Assembly (NCBI GenBank): GCA_019057815.1
Contig: JAHLWR010000016.1
Location: forward strand, 21,959-85,958
Origin: Candidatus Heimdallarchaeota archaeon
GTDB lineage: Archaea > Asgardarchaeota > Heimdallarchaeia > Heimdallarchaeales > Heimdallarchaeaceae
Direction: 5' to 3'
DNA length: 64,000 bases
How positions within the stretch are numbered: position 1 is the first letter of the stretch; every line of letters starts with the position of its first letter. Positions 1-10,613 of this stretch are shown one piece after another. The notes beneath the pieces were generated by a model, which had not been told where the DNA came from, made no database searches, and saw only the letters and a list, made by a program, of their open reading frames with translations. A program made the translations under genes and the position numbers.

Positions 1-233
1 TCCTTAACCCTAAGAATCGTATCCTTTCCTACTGAAATCCACATTTCTCCATTTAGAACTATGTAAAGTTCTTGTGCATGTGTGTGATAGTGCACAGCTG
101 GATCACTCCAAGGTTCTACAAAACTTGTTTTCCCTAGTTGTAGATAAGAATCATAGTAATTTTTTTCTTTAAAACAACCAATAATCCATCCTTTTTTATC
201 CTTTAAATCATAGATGAAGGAATTATCAGACAT
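1..233 (-). CDS. Cupin-domain protein (partial, runs off window start)
   Basis: Hand translation from ATG at 233: MSDNSF...AVHYHTHAQELYIVLNGEMWI, the cupin HxH...E...VLxG motif; not in the ORF track. Confidence 0.75.
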   Translation of the reverse strand, partial: MSDNSFIYDLKDKKGWIIGCFKEKNYYDSYLQLGKTSFVEPWSDPAVHYHTHAQELYIVLNGEMWISVGKDTILRVK

Positions 234-250
234 TCTTTTCAAAACCATAA

Positions 251-1096
251 TTAGAGGTTTTTAATAACAACATAAAATTGCTCAAGCATCATTTTCAGAC
301 GTCCACTCTCCACTTCATATGGAAATTGAGGAAAGTCAGTTCGATTGACCAGTTCTTCTTTGGGGACATTTTGTTCCACAAGCTCCTCAATTTTCTTAGT
401 AAGTTCAGTTAGATATTTTTTATGAAGTTCAAGTTCTTTATTCGATGTTACAGGTCCATGTCCTGGAATAATAATATTAGCTCGCAACTCTAGCATTTTG
501 TCAATAGCTTCTATCCATAAATATGGATTAGCAGTGGGATCGCCACCATATGGGAATGTTTCAGAAAATATCAAATCACCTGAAAATATCAAAGCATCGC
601 TAGGGACATAGACAAATGCACTTCCTCTTGTATGACCATGTGTTTCAATAATCTCTATTTGCCTACCTTCATCATCTAGTGTTAGTTTACCAGTGAATGT
701 CTCGTTGGGAAGAACTATCTTCAGATTTTGCCATTTTTCTTTTAAGTCAGGATTATTTTCAGCCCACGTTTTTAGATTCTCTTCTGTTGATTGTTTTCGC
801 TCCTTCATTATTTCATTTGTAAAAATTGTAGAAATAATGCGACAATCCTCGAAAACCTGATTCCCAAATACATGATCACTATGGCAATGCGTATTTACTA
901 GTATTCTTACTGGAAGCTTTGTTTCCTTTTCAGCTATATCCCTTATATTCTTCAAAGTTACTGGGTCCATTCCTGAATCTAACATTACTACAAAGTTTTT
1001 CAATCTCACAAAAGCTACATTACCTCTTGTTTCTCCTTTTGTATGTGCCCAAACATTTTCTGTCAATTTCAACATCTCAACCATTTTAGTCACCAA
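251..1096 (-). CDS. MBL-fold metallo-hydrolase (cyclase-like)
   Basis: THCHSDH (HxHxDH), GHT, SGDL and PGHG motifs. Confidence 0.9.
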   Translation of the reverse strand: MVTKMVEMLKLTENVWAHTKGETRGNVAFVRLKNFVVMLDSGMDPVTLKNIRDIAEKETKLPVRILVNTHCHSDHVFGNQVFEDCRIISTIFTNEIMKERKQSTEENLKTWAENNPDLKEKWQNLKIVLPNETFTGKLTLDDEGRQIEIIETHGHTRGSAFVYVPSDALIFSGDLIFSETFPYGGDPTANPYLWIEAIDKMLELRANIIIPGHGPVTSNKELELHKKYLTELTKKIEELVEQNVPKEELVNRTDFPQFPYEVESGRLKMMLEQFYVVIKNL

Positions 1097-1113
1097 ATAT
1101 TCTAATGCTCAAT

Positions 1114-3039
1114 TTACAGCTTATCAATTTCTTTTAATATCGTTTTCGATATTTTTTCGACTTTTATGTCGATAGTTTCAATAGATTTCCTTTTAGTTTC
1201 CATTTTTTCGAACAAATCATTCATTTTTGTTACGTATTTAGCTCGTGTCTTTCCTTCTTCACCCTCACTTCGCAAAACTTGTATGGATTTGGTTATATTT
1301 TGATATTCGCTTTCCATTCTTTTAATGCTTTTTTCCTCTGAATCTCTCTGTACAACAAGCTTCTGTTTTTCTGTTCTCAAATCTCTTATTTTCTTTATTA
1401 TCGTTCCTTGTTTCTCATCTATTGTTTCTAAGTCAAGTAATTCTTCTAGAACCTGATCTGATACAGAGGCGATTGATACACTTTGTGAAGTTTTTCGAAA
1501 AGTGTGAATTTTCGCTTTAAGGCTGGATTTTTCTTCAATTTTTATTTTTGCTCGAAAATAGTTTGGAGTTTCTTTGACTTCAATTTTAGATTTTTTCTTG
1601 TCTACTTCGTAGCCATATAGTTTTGGTGTTTCAAGAATTATCTGTTTCTCTTCATCTGCTTTATTTTCGATCTCAAAAAGATATTCTGTCTTGTTTATGA
1701 AACTTTCAACATAATAATATCCAGAAAGAGAGATGTTTACTAGCTTAGTTGAGGATTCTTCGCTTTGCTTGATGTATATATCTTGTTCTAAACGGTGAGG
1801 GATAATTTGTTTCTCATCTTTTGGAACCCTTTGCAGCATAGCCTCCCCTGAATAATCTCCTTTTTCATATATTGTTACAGGTCCTTCTTCCCAAGCATAT
1901 CCAGATTTATTTTCAATCTCTATTGCACCAAAGGGATGTGATGCATGGTTAGCTCTATTGTAGATGTAAATCTTCTCTTTTGGCACATCAGTAGAATGTA
2001 GAAGTAGAAGAGCTGATTCTCCTTTTTTAATAGTAACCAGCTGTTTTAAACTGAAAGTAACACTTTCTGTTGTTGTTACAATTTCAGCTTCTTGTTCTGC
2101 TGTTTCTTCATATTCGTAAGGTTCTTCAATCGCAGCAGCACCAACAAAGTCCATTTTAGCTACTGCCCTTTTTGCTCTTTTAGGAGCAGCCATAGGAGCT
2201 AATTTAGGAGAAGGTCTTGGTTCGAATTCTGCTTCAGGTTTCATAACACTAATACCTGTCTGTGTAGGTCTAGAAACGTAAGGTCTGTCTATTAGCCATG
2301 GAGAGCTCATATCATACTTAAATGAAATTGGAAGGCCTGTTAGAAGCTGAACTTGGGCATCGATCCAATCAATTTGAGTATTGTTACTCACTAAAGCCCA
2401 CAGCTCAAATACAGCTTTTTCTTCTCCTATACTATATATTCGGTAAGATGATTGCCATGCGGGTAGTTCAGTAAGATATGAAACTACAATATCCTTTTCA
2501 CTTTCATCAGTAAATGAGATTTTTATGTTTTTAACGTCTTCCTTTTTGCTTTTAGAAAGCAAATCTAGCTGATCATTTAGTGATTTTCTGAAATACTCTT
2601 CTGCAGGAAAAATACTTTCTATCTCTTTAGAAGCAACTTGTTTAATCAGATTGTCTGGAGATGAGAGAACAATTGTGATTTCAGCACCATCATCCTTATT
2701 CTCTGATTCACTTTCTTGATACCCTACTAATCTTCCCTCATATTTTTCTCCATTTAAGAGATTAATCTGAATTCTAGAACCCGAAAGCAAGTCTAAAATT
2801 GATGTTAAAGCACATCCACTTTGCTCAATCTCTATTTCTCCTTTCGTTTCAGAATCAAAAGAAATTGAAGATAATAGTGATTCCCCTTCGATGTCAACAT
2901 GAAACGTTTTTAAAAAATCATCAGTCTGTTTTTTCAATACAGGGAATAAAATATCCTTTTCCTTACATCGTGCTTGAGCTGAAAGCCATCCAACACCCAT
3001 TTTATAGAGTTTAACTTCTTTAATTTCGAAAATAACCAT
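1114..3039 (-). CDS. DUF4139-like protein with C-terminal coiled coil
   Basis: DDFLKT, W.SSYRI, WALVSN.T..DW and GPVTIY..G.YSGE segments typical of the family. Confidence 0.7.
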   Translation of the reverse strand: MVIFEIKEVKLYKMGVGWLSAQARCKEKDILFPVLKKQTDDFLKTFHVDIEGESLLSSISFDSETKGEIEIEQSGCALTSILDLLSGSRIQINLLNGEKYEGRLVGYQESESENKDDGAEITIVLSSPDNLIKQVASKEIESIFPAEEYFRKSLNDQLDLLSKSKKEDVKNIKISFTDESEKDIVVSYLTELPAWQSSYRIYSIGEEKAVFELWALVSNNTQIDWIDAQVQLLTGLPISFKYDMSSPWLIDRPYVSRPTQTGISVMKPEAEFEPRPSPKLAPMAAPKRAKRAVAKMDFVGAAAIEEPYEYEETAEQEAEIVTTTESVTFSLKQLVTIKKGESALLLLHSTDVPKEKIYIYNRANHASHPFGAIEIENKSGYAWEEGPVTIYEKGDYSGEAMLQRVPKDEKQIIPHRLEQDIYIKQSEESSTKLVNISLSGYYYVESFINKTEYLFEIENKADEEKQIILETPKLYGYEVDKKKSKIEVKETPNYFRAKIKIEEKSSLKAKIHTFRKTSQSVSIASVSDQVLEELLDLETIDEKQGTIIKKIRDLRTEKQKLVVQRDSEEKSIKRMESEYQNITKSIQVLRSEGEEGKTRAKYVTKMNDLFEKMETKRKSIETIDIKVEKISKTILKEIDKL

Positions 3040-3082
3040 ATATCAAAATAATAAATACTCAATAAAAAGGTTATTAGAATCA

Positions 3083-3916
3083 TCATTCGAGTGTATCGAA
3101 AAAGTCTTTTACATAATCACCAATAATTTCATGATTTCCAACTATAATTCTATGAGCATCCCCAAAACTTATGAGCTTTGACTTAGGATGAAGAGTTGCA
3201 AATAATTTTGAATTTTCTGGATCTGTAAACCAATCTTGTTCAGCAATAAGCACTAAAATAGGAAGGTCCAATTCTTTTTCTCTACCTCTGATATCATATT
3301 TATGAATGAATTCTATCAATATTCGAAGCTGTATATACAAACCTGCTTCCTTAAATCTTTTTAATGCATAATCTAGATTTTCTGTTTCTTTTGGAGTCTT
3401 AAATTTGAGATAAATTCTAAGTATAAAGACTACGAATTTTTGTGCTAACCATAATAAAGGATAAGGTAGTAATTTTAAAACATCAAACCACCATTTGGTC
3501 TTGAACTTCGATTCTGGACTTGCTGATAACATACCTTTAGGTTTCACACCATTCTTTGTTAGGTAATATAAATATGATAAAGCTGATCCTATACAACTTC
3601 CCCAGATGAAGAATTCATCATCTTTTAAATTATATAATTTAATAACCTTAGATAAGTCATCTGTATATTCCTCAACTCCCCATATACCTCGTTTATGCGG
3701 TTTACTTGATTTGCCAAATCCTCTAGGTTCATATATTATAATATTTGCATATCTCTGAAATGACTCAATCAGAGGTGTTCTTGCTTCGATTGAATCTAAC
3801 CAACCAGGAATCATAATAATGGATCGATTTTGATAACTCTCATTTAAGCATTGAAAATATTTGTACCTAAGCTGTATAAATGGCTTCTTTGAAACTTCAA
3901 GATATCTATCTTCCAC
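3083..3916 (-). CDS. Alpha/beta hydrolase
   Basis: IPGW, PRGFGKS, nucleophile-elbow-like WGSCIG, catalytic D/H near C-terminus. Confidence 0.85.
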   Translation of the reverse strand: MEDRYLEVSKKPFIQLRYKYFQCLNESYQNRSIIMIPGWLDSIEARTPLIESFQRYANIIIYEPRGFGKSSKPHKRGIWGVEEYTDDLSKVIKLYNLKDDEFFIWGSCIGSALSYLYYLTKNGVKPKGMLSASPESKFKTKWWFDVLKLLPYPLLWLAQKFVVFILRIYLKFKTPKETENLDYALKRFKEAGLYIQLRILIEFIHKYDIRGREKELDLPILVLIAEQDWFTDPENSKLFATLHPKSKLISFGDAHRIIVGNHEIIGDYVKDFFDTLE

Positions 3917-3994
3917 AAGCAGCGTAATATGTGAAGTTAAAAAGTTTATTCAAACACTACTCCCATAAAAATTCACGAAAGGTTTATTTAAAAC

Positions 3995-4870
3995 ATGTTT
4001 TTCTCCACTGTTATGAAAGTAAAAATAGTAGTTGATAGTTGTGGTGACACTCATCAAAGTGTTTTAGAAAAATATGATATTGGAATGATTCCTCTAAATA
4101 TCCATATAGGAAAGATGATGAGAGATGGAATTGACATAACACCTGAAGATTACTACAAAATTATTGAAGATGTTGAACTCCCAGATACTTCCGCTCCTAA
4201 TCTTTCCCAATGGAAAGAATGCTTTGATACTTATCTTGAAAAAGATAATTATGATAAATTGGTTTTAGTAACAATAGCTCAGAAATTGTCTAATACTTAT
4301 GAACAAGCGTGTGTTGCCGCTAGAAAATATTATCCAAGTAAAATAGAGGTACTTGATTCAATGAGTGCATCTGCTGGTGAAGGTATAGTAGCTATCAAGT
4401 TTAGTGAGCTATTGAAAAAAGGATATGACTCTACTACTGTATATAATTTTATGCAAAATCTTCGCTTAAAAGTTGTTCAAATAGGTTATATGAATACTTT
4501 GAAAATGTTAGTCAAATCGGGCAGAATAAGTAAAGCAAGTGAATTTATCGCGTCCATAGGAAGATTAAAACCTATGATTATTACGAAAAACGGTGAAAAT
4601 TTACCCTTAGGTAAAGCTATTAGCTTAAAAAGCGCTAAGAAAAAAGCAATCGAAGAAATGGCTGAAAGAATAGATCCCTCTTTAAGTTATTCACTCTTTG
4701 TTACACATGCAGAAGCAAAAGAATCAGCTAAAGAACTAGAGGAAATTATGAAAGAACGGTTTTCAATTAGTAAATCATTCATAAGCTATATGGGACCTGT
4801 TGTTGGAAGCAGAATGGGAAAAGGTGCGGTTTTTATTACAACTATTCCTGATTTGGAACCAACTGAATAA
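3995..4870 (+). CDS. degV: DegV family fatty-acid-binding protein
   Basis: IVVDS..D, DGIDIT, P.TSAP, LDSMSASAGEG, SGRIS motifs; start may be ATG 4013. Confidence 0.9.
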   Translation: MFFSTVMKVKIVVDSCGDTHQSVLEKYDIGMIPLNIHIGKMMRDGIDITPEDYYKIIEDVELPDTSAPNLSQWKECFDTYLEKDNYDKLVLVTIAQKLSNTYEQACVAARKYYPSKIEVLDSMSASAGEGIVAIKFSELLKKGYDSTTVYNFMQNLRLKVVQIGYMNTLKMLVKSGRISKASEFIASIGRLKPMIITKNGENLPLGKAISLKSAKKKAIEEMAERIDPSLSYSLFVTHAEAKESAKELEEIMKERFSISKSFISYMGPVVGSRMGKGAVFITTIPDLEPTE

Positions 4871-5000
4871 TAGGAGACAATCAGGTCAGTCTCCTTCCTT
4901 CAATAAACTGTCAGAAATTAGATGCCTTCGTAAAAACTTTGCTAAAATATAAGGAAATAGAATTTAACAAAATGATTCAAGGGTATGATACTCACTGGAT

Positions 5001-5414
5001 CTAGTCTGTGTCTTCTACAGATGCCCATAACACTTGACCATTACCAGCATCTACTATGATTTCATAATATGCATTATCATATATTAAAACTATTTTCCAC
5101 ACCAAATAACCATTCTCATTTTCGAGAAAACTGGATACTATAGTTCCACTTGTAGTATAATCTAACGCAATTTGTTCTGCTTGTATCTGACTGATATCTG
5201 CAAAAACTAAGAGATCACCATCGTAATTTTCATCGACAGCTATGCTTCCTACATAATCAGGAAACTGATGATCGCCTTCAAAATTGCCGTCTTCCTCTGG
5301 TATTATATTAAATGGTAAAGTTATTACACCAGTTACACTAAGTATTCCAATAACACCAAAAGCCACAAGTAGAAGTGTGCTTGTGCCTAGTATGTATTTT
5401 GTTTTTGTTTTCAT
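5001..5414 (-). CDS. Membrane-anchored PepSY-domain protein
   Basis: N-terminal TM after MKTKTK; IS..QAEQIAL...LENENGYLVW.I...VDAGNGQVL is PepSY-like; start reassigned to ATG 5414 because the longer ORF extends into an IS remnant. Confidence 0.75.
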   Translation of the reverse strand: MKTKTKYILGTSTLLLVAFGVIGILSVTGVITLPFNIIPEEDGNFEGDHQFPDYVGSIAVDENYDGDLLVFADISQIQAEQIALDYTTSGTIVSSFLENENGYLVWKIVLIYDNAYYEIIVDAGNGQVLWASVEDTD

Positions 5415-5531
5415 CAATAGATAAATCTCATCTATATTAAATAGGTTATTGGTACAGATTTTTATTCCTCTAGTACAACTATTTAATTTACAGATATTTC
5501 TCAAAAAAAAGATAAATAGCACATCCGTCAG

Positions 5532-5567
5532 ATGAACTACTCCTACCTTAAGGAAGGGAACTTCTGC
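5532..5567 (-). mobile_element. Solo IS200/IS605 end remnant (fused right-end/left-end hairpin, PATE-like)
   Basis: 5532-5548 is identical to 23755-23771 (tnpB element right end); 5545-5567 is near-identical to 25075-25097 (left end). Confidence 0.7.
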
Positions 5568-5573
5568 CATCCA

Positions 5574-6098
5574 TCAGTTAAATTTAGCTTCAATGGAATC
5601 TAAAAATCTCTCCCATCTATTTGGGTAAATCTCTCTCCCCAATTTGCTTATCAGTTCTTTATCAAATAATAATTCTAGTGTAACTTCTCTACCCCTTCGA
5701 CAAGGTTTAATCAATTCATCTTCAGTTAGTCTTTTTATGTGCCAATGTAAAGCAGAAGGAGACATTTCAAGAACTTTTGCTAATTCCTTAATAGATAGAT
5801 TATGCATTTCTGGTGATTGGCTTAATAGCAACAAAATCTGCCGTGGGACAGTTTTTCGCAGATTAGCAATAAGTATCATAACACTTCCAATCCTCAACCT
5901 CCAAGTAAAATCAAAAAATAGTTTCAAATTGCGATGATGGACACTGATAATTCGTTCTCCTTTTTCCAATCGTTGCAGATGATATTCTACTACACCTAAT
6001 TGTCGACCTGATTCTTCTAGTATCTGCCTGAAATGAATCCCTGGATGGGATTCAATTATCTTGTAAATATCTTCTGCAGTGTCGACAAATTCAGTCAC
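5574..6098 (-). CDS. Archaeal winged-HTH transcriptional regulator (two HTH, ArsR-like)
   Basis: HPGIHFRQI...GVVEYHLQRLE and SIKELAKVLEMSPSALHWHIKRL; probable GTG start at 6098. Confidence 0.8.
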   Translation of the reverse strand: MTEFVDTAEDIYKIIESHPGIHFRQILEESGRQLGVVEYHLQRLEKGERIISVHHRNLKLFFDFTWRLRIGSVMILIANLRKTVPRQILLLLSQSPEMHNLSIKELAKVLEMSPSALHWHIKRLTEDELIKPCRRGREVTLELLFDKELISKLGREIYPNRWERFLDSIEAKFN

Positions 6099-6102
6099 AA
6101 GA

Positions 6103-6504
6103 TTATTCCTCCTGAGGTTTTTTAGGAAGGATTTTTTCTGGAAGTGTTTTATCAAAAGACGAATTTTCCTGACTTGTCTTTTTCTTTTGTATTTTTTCCT
6201 CAAAAGTTATTGGTAGATGTTTTTCTGGTACTAATAAAACAATTAAGATCAATAAAACCATAATAAATCCAAAAATAGCAGCAAGCAAATTTGGAATCTC
6301 AGAAGACCAATCTTCTGGAAAAAGAACATCCAAATTTCTGATTACCACTTGTACAGCAGCAGCAAGAGATGCTAAAAATATCAAGAAAAACTTACGCCTT
6401 TTATACCGAACAAATAAACTCAAGAAAATAATTGCAATTATAAATAAAATGATTCCACTCAAGAAAACAAGTATATCTTCAATATTTGATATTTGAATTG
6501 ACAT
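6103..6504 (-). CDS. Small 3-TM membrane protein
   Basis: Three hydrophobic segments; co-oriented upstream of the regulator. Confidence 0.65.
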   Translation of the reverse strand: MSIQISNIEDILVFLSGIILFIIAIIFLSLFVRYKRRKFFLIFLASLAAAVQVVIRNLDVLFPEDWSSEIPNLLAAIFGFIMVLLILIVLLVPEKHLPITFEEKIQKKKTSQENSSFDKTLPEKILPKKPQEE

Positions 6505-6614
6505 AACTACTTCAAGTTTGCTTGATGAAAAAGGATTTTATAATGTTTGGTACGAATCTTAAATTGAACTAAACAAATTCAGATAAAGAATAAGAACAAT
6601 TAATTCTTTTTATC

Positions 6615-7676
6615 TCAGAGCTCGATTAAACTACGAATCTTTAGAATGTCATTCAAAATCATAAATACAGAATTGTCAAGTGTTCTAAAAACATCGCCTA
6701 TAGATATCATTAAAGTAAGATTTTTTCTAGAACGAGCTTCTTTGTACAAATATTTTTTGACATCTAAAGGTATTTTCTCAGCTGGTTCAATAGTCATCAG
6801 AAAAAATTTGGTCGAAGGGCTGTTTAGGGAAAGTTCTTCAAGATTTTTAAAATGCCTTTCTGCTGATTTTAAATCTTCAAATGATCCGATATATAAGTAA
6901 TAATTTATATCTCTGAAAAACTCGATTCCTGCAATTGTATCAAGATCAAAAAGCAATGACATTACAATACGCATAAACAATGTATCAATTCGGACAACAT
7001 ATTCATTTCTTGTTAATTCGTAAATGAAATCTATGTTTTGAAAATGAAACAGTGATTGAATTAGGATATTATAAGCTACAGTATCTGCAGAAATTACTCC
7101 AATTTTTATTCTCCTATTAAGGAGCTGAGTCAACATTTGAATATTATGAAATCTATTAGCAATATCACGGACAATATCCTCTATTCGTTTAGACTCTATT
7201 TGTTCATCTAAAAGAATGTTCTCTATTAAATCTTCACTCAGCATTTCTAAGTCTTTTATTTTTATTTGTTGAATATCTTTAAATTGCTGCAGAAACAATT
7301 CTATAGTTTCGTAGATGCGGTTATAACCGAATTTAGCTTGTTGATCGCTTCCTTTGTGATAAAAAACTAATAATTGACACACAGCTAAACCAGTTTTAGT
7401 AATAGCTCGTTGATCTCTGACTTTTGAATCTTTCTTCCTAAAAGAGGCTACTAGTAAGTGATACTGATCGTGATGTGGGATCGGTAAAGGTCCATATACT
7501 TGCAGATTTGGTGTCGTTGCAGAAGATACTACAGTACTATAAAAATTTCCCAATGCGGTTATCTCTTCATTTGGAATATCTGGTATTGATACTGTATTTC
7601 TTAATTCCATTCCTGTTTCATCTAAAACTAGAAGAGAAACATAGGGGAGGAAGAGCGTTCCTGGCATTTTAATCAA
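6615..7676 (-). CDS. Asgard-type protein: longin/uDENN-like N-domain plus degenerate Ras-like domain
   Basis: YGPLP...SF..KD..V.D.R shared with 43551-44549; C-terminal pattern IKIGVI...FFRDINYYLYI..FED..S lacks a P-loop. Confidence 0.5.
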   Translation of the reverse strand: MIKMPGTLFLPYVSLLVLDETGMELRNTVSIPDIPNEEITALGNFYSTVVSSATTPNLQVYGPLPIPHHDQYHLLVASFRKKDSKVRDQRAITKTGLAVCQLLVFYHKGSDQQAKFGYNRIYETIELFLQQFKDIQQIKIKDLEMLSEDLIENILLDEQIESKRIEDIVRDIANRFHNIQMLTQLLNRRIKIGVISADTVAYNILIQSLFHFQNIDFIYELTRNEYVVRIDTLFMRIVMSLLFDLDTIAGIEFFRDINYYLYIGSFEDLKSAERHFKNLEELSLNSPSTKFFLMTIEPAEKIPLDVKKYLYKEARSRKNLTLMISIGDVFRTLDNSVFMILNDILKIRSLIEL

Positions 7677-7712
7677 CTTTCATGTTTTGAAGATTTTTCC
7701 TAGTAGGAGTCA

Positions 7713-8228
7713 CTATTTTTTACTCAATCTTTTCTTTAATATCTTTTCTGTTATTTCTTTATCTGAAAGTTCAAATTGTTTATGAGCTGGTTTTTCTATA
7801 AATGAAAATAACAAAGTAAATATTAACAAGATTCTGCATAGACGAATCACATGATAACCCAGACTTACCGTATTCTGGATATGTTCAGTTGGTATTAAGA
7901 ATCTTAGACTTTCAGCCCAAAAGGTATTTCCTTCTGATAGCCATACATTTACTGACAATTCTAAACTATAAGCCATTGCTATAGCTAAGGCTAAAAGAAG
8001 AACTCTTACCACTCTTGTATTCGATTTTCTTATCAAGTTTATACCATTAAAAAGTCCTATATCATGTGCAGCAACCCACATAGTTGCTGCCAAGTAAATC
8101 CATAGTGGTGGGGATTCTTGTATATCCAACCAAGTCAGTGCATATCTATCCTGAAAATAAACAGGCATAAATATTGTAAGAAAACCTACAATAAATGCAA
8201 GGATGGAGAGTTTAGAAGAAATCCTCAT
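7713..8228 (-). CDS. Membrane protein (about 4 TM)
   Basis: Hydrophobic segments, 171 aa ORF. Confidence 0.65.
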   Translation of the reverse strand: MRISSKLSILAFIVGFLTIFMPVYFQDRYALTWLDIQESPPLWIYLAATMWVAAHDIGLFNGINLIRKSNTRVVRVLLLALAIAMAYSLELSVNVWLSEGNTFWAESLRFLIPTEHIQNTVSLGYHVIRLCRILLIFTLLFSFIEKPAHKQFELSDKEITEKILKKRLSKK

Positions 8229-8353
8229 TACAAATCTTTTTGAAGCAGAACTTATATGTTTATCTCTAAAAAGAAAAAATATTAGATATTTTGATTAAAT
8301 GGGTACATTAATTAAACAGAACTCCACAACATTAAATATCACACTAAAAAACA

Positions 8354-9256
8354 ATGATTTATATGATTTCAGACTCCACTAGAAAGCATATAACCAATGC
8401 TGCTTTATCTTATGTATTTGCAGCAATGCTTTTTTCATTTCTCAGATTCTTTGATTTTAGTAGTCTTTTAGTTGTAGTCAGTATTTTTATTATGTTAAAA
8501 ATATTTGCTGTAAGCTGGTTAGGTTATGGTTTATACGTTTTTCAATCAGAAGAAAAAAATAAGAATCTTTTTTATGTAAGTCTTTTAATTTTAGGAGGAG
8601 CAGCTCTTGAATTTATTATTGTGGTGCTACAAATTCTAATAGGATATGAAATCTTATCTTTTGGAAATTCAGGAGATTTAATCTTGAATATTGCTTTTAT
8701 TTCACCATATATCGTTTATCTTATTGGGTTTTTCTTATTACGTGAAATTGTTGATTCTTTCTTTAAAACTAAAAGAAATGTGTTTAGAGGACAAATGTCT
8801 TTACCTCTAGGTTATGGGATATATATTGTTTCACTAATCGTTTTAATTGTAAAACCTCTTGAGTTGATTTTAGAAGATGGAAAACTAGTTGCAACAGATC
8901 CGACTTACTTCATGGTAATGAATTTCATGGAAATTGCTGTACTAGTAATGCTTGTTCTTGGTTATTGGAACCTCAGGAGAACTTTTCTTGTACTCGATAG
9001 AGTGCCTAAACAATTATTAGAGAGGATTAAACCTCTAACTTACACACAAGCACAAAGTCCTTATGATTCAAGATATCAACAAATTAAACAACCTACACAA
9101 CCTGGATTTGGAGCCATACCACCAGAGCAAACAGTAAAAGAGATTCAACAACCAGTTGAAAGAAAAAAAATGTTCTGTATTCAATGTGGACTAGAACTTG
9201 ACCCTGATGCTAGATTCTGTCCTCATTGTGGATCTGACAACCCTTACTTAACTTGA
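8354..9256 (+). CDS. Multi-TM protein with C-terminal zinc ribbon
   Basis: About 6 TM, Q/P linker, FCIQCG...FCPHCG. Confidence 0.8.
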   Translation: MIYMISDSTRKHITNAALSYVFAAMLFSFLRFFDFSSLLVVVSIFIMLKIFAVSWLGYGLYVFQSEEKNKNLFYVSLLILGGAALEFIIVVLQILIGYEILSFGNSGDLILNIAFISPYIVYLIGFFLLREIVDSFFKTKRNVFRGQMSLPLGYGIYIVSLIVLIVKPLELILEDGKLVATDPTYFMVMNFMEIAVLVMLVLGYWNLRRTFLVLDRVPKQLLERIKPLTYTQAQSPYDSRYQQIKQPTQPGFGAIPPEQTVKEIQQPVERKKMFCIQCGLELDPDARFCPHCGSDNPYLT

Positions 9257-9275
9257 AAAAAATAGTGATATTACT

Positions 9276-9950
9276 ATGAAACTCCCTGCTGATATTAAGA
9301 AACATCTATTTTATAGTTCTTGGGCTTTGATGATTTTACAAATGATATTAGTAGCAACTAGTACTATACAAATAGATATTTCACAAGTAACTATCATTGC
9401 TTACAATTGTGCATTAATTCTATTTGCTATAGGATTATTAAGAATGAATTCCCATATCGATTTCAAATTTTGGAAATATACTGCATTTTTGCTCATTGTT
9501 GCTCCTCTTTTAAGTCTAGTTCATACTATTCTATTTTTTATTTTCGAAGAACAATGGGAAACATTTCTTACAGTACGGATTGTCTTTATAATAACAACCC
9601 TAGTTCTTATAGCTACAGCATTTATTGGTGTCAAAAAGATAATAGATACACTTTATTCATTAAAAATAACCGGAAGGAGCGGTAAGTACTACCTTTCTTT
9701 TGGGAATTTATTATTATTATTTCCATACATAGCAGCTTGGTATGAGGAGTATATCTATCCAATGAAAATTGAATCTTGGCTAGAAACATCATCACTCATA
9801 ATTTTCCTAGTATCTACGTTCTTCATTATATTGGGTTATCTAGATTTAGGTTTTACATTGAAATCTCTTACAGATGAAGATAATGACATAATTTCCAACT
9901 TTAACAATGATGAAGATGTGCTAACTGAATTACCAGGTGATAACAATTAG
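9276..9950 (+). CDS. 6-TM membrane protein (likely paralogue of neighbours)
   Basis: Hydrophobic pattern similar to the flanking ORFs; operon-like spacing. Confidence 0.65.
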   Translation: MKLPADIKKHLFYSSWALMILQMILVATSTIQIDISQVTIIAYNCALILFAIGLLRMNSHIDFKFWKYTAFLLIVAPLLSLVHTILFFIFEEQWETFLTVRIVFIITTLVLIATAFIGVKKIIDTLYSLKITGRSGKYYLSFGNLLLLFPYIAAWYEEYIYPMKIESWLETSSLIIFLVSTFFIILGYLDLGFTLKSLTDEDNDIISNFNNDEDVLTELPGDNN

Positions 9951-10611
9951 TCGTTTTCGAGACTCAAAAGTAATTGGAAATGGTGGCTTTGTTATCAGTA
10001 TATTTTACGTAATACTCGCTTTTTTGACAAGGGGATTGTTTGATACTACAGCTCCCATTTTCAACTCTTCCTCCATTCTTTTCATACCAATTATCCTTGC
10101 TTACGTTTTAATAGGTAAGTCAGCTCACAATTTATACTTTGATCCAAAAAAACCATGGAACAAGGGTAAAAGAATTTTTATCCTAATGATTGTTGGAGCC
10201 TTTTTACTATTAAGTGGTCAAATTATGTTCAATATTCAAGAATTCGGAGAAATACTACCACTGGAGTATTTAGGCATAATTTTGATGATATTACATTGTT
10301 TCGTTATTGCTACAGCCTTCTATTTCCTTTATAATCAATTGAAAGAATTCTATATTGATGGTTTTATAATTAAAAATCCTAATTATATGATATCAATCGC
10401 TTACTTAATCCAGATGACGGGATATATTTTTTTCTTAATAGGATGGTTTATCCCTCAAAATTCCGCTGGAATAATCAACATAATTGGAATAGCCATTTCT
10501 GCAGTATCAATAATTCTTATTATCGCAGGAGCTATTCCTTTGAATATATCGTTTCGAGCTTACCCTTACCTGGTGGAAAACGAATCTTTGATAACAAAGA
10601 ACAATATGTGA
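9937..10611 (+). CDS. 6-TM membrane protein
   Basis: Hydrophobic pattern; overlaps previous stop. Confidence 0.65.
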   Translation: MITISRFRDSKVIGNGGFVISIFYVILAFLTRGLFDTTAPIFNSSSILFIPIILAYVLIGKSAHNLYFDPKKPWNKGKRIFILMIVGAFLLLSGQIMFNIQEFGEILPLEYLGIILMILHCFVIATAFYFLYNQLKEFYIDGFIIKNPNYMISIAYLIQMTGYIFFLIGWFIPQNSAGIINIIGIAISAVSIILIIAGAIPLNISFRAYPYLVENESLITKNNM

Positions 10612-10613
10612 TG

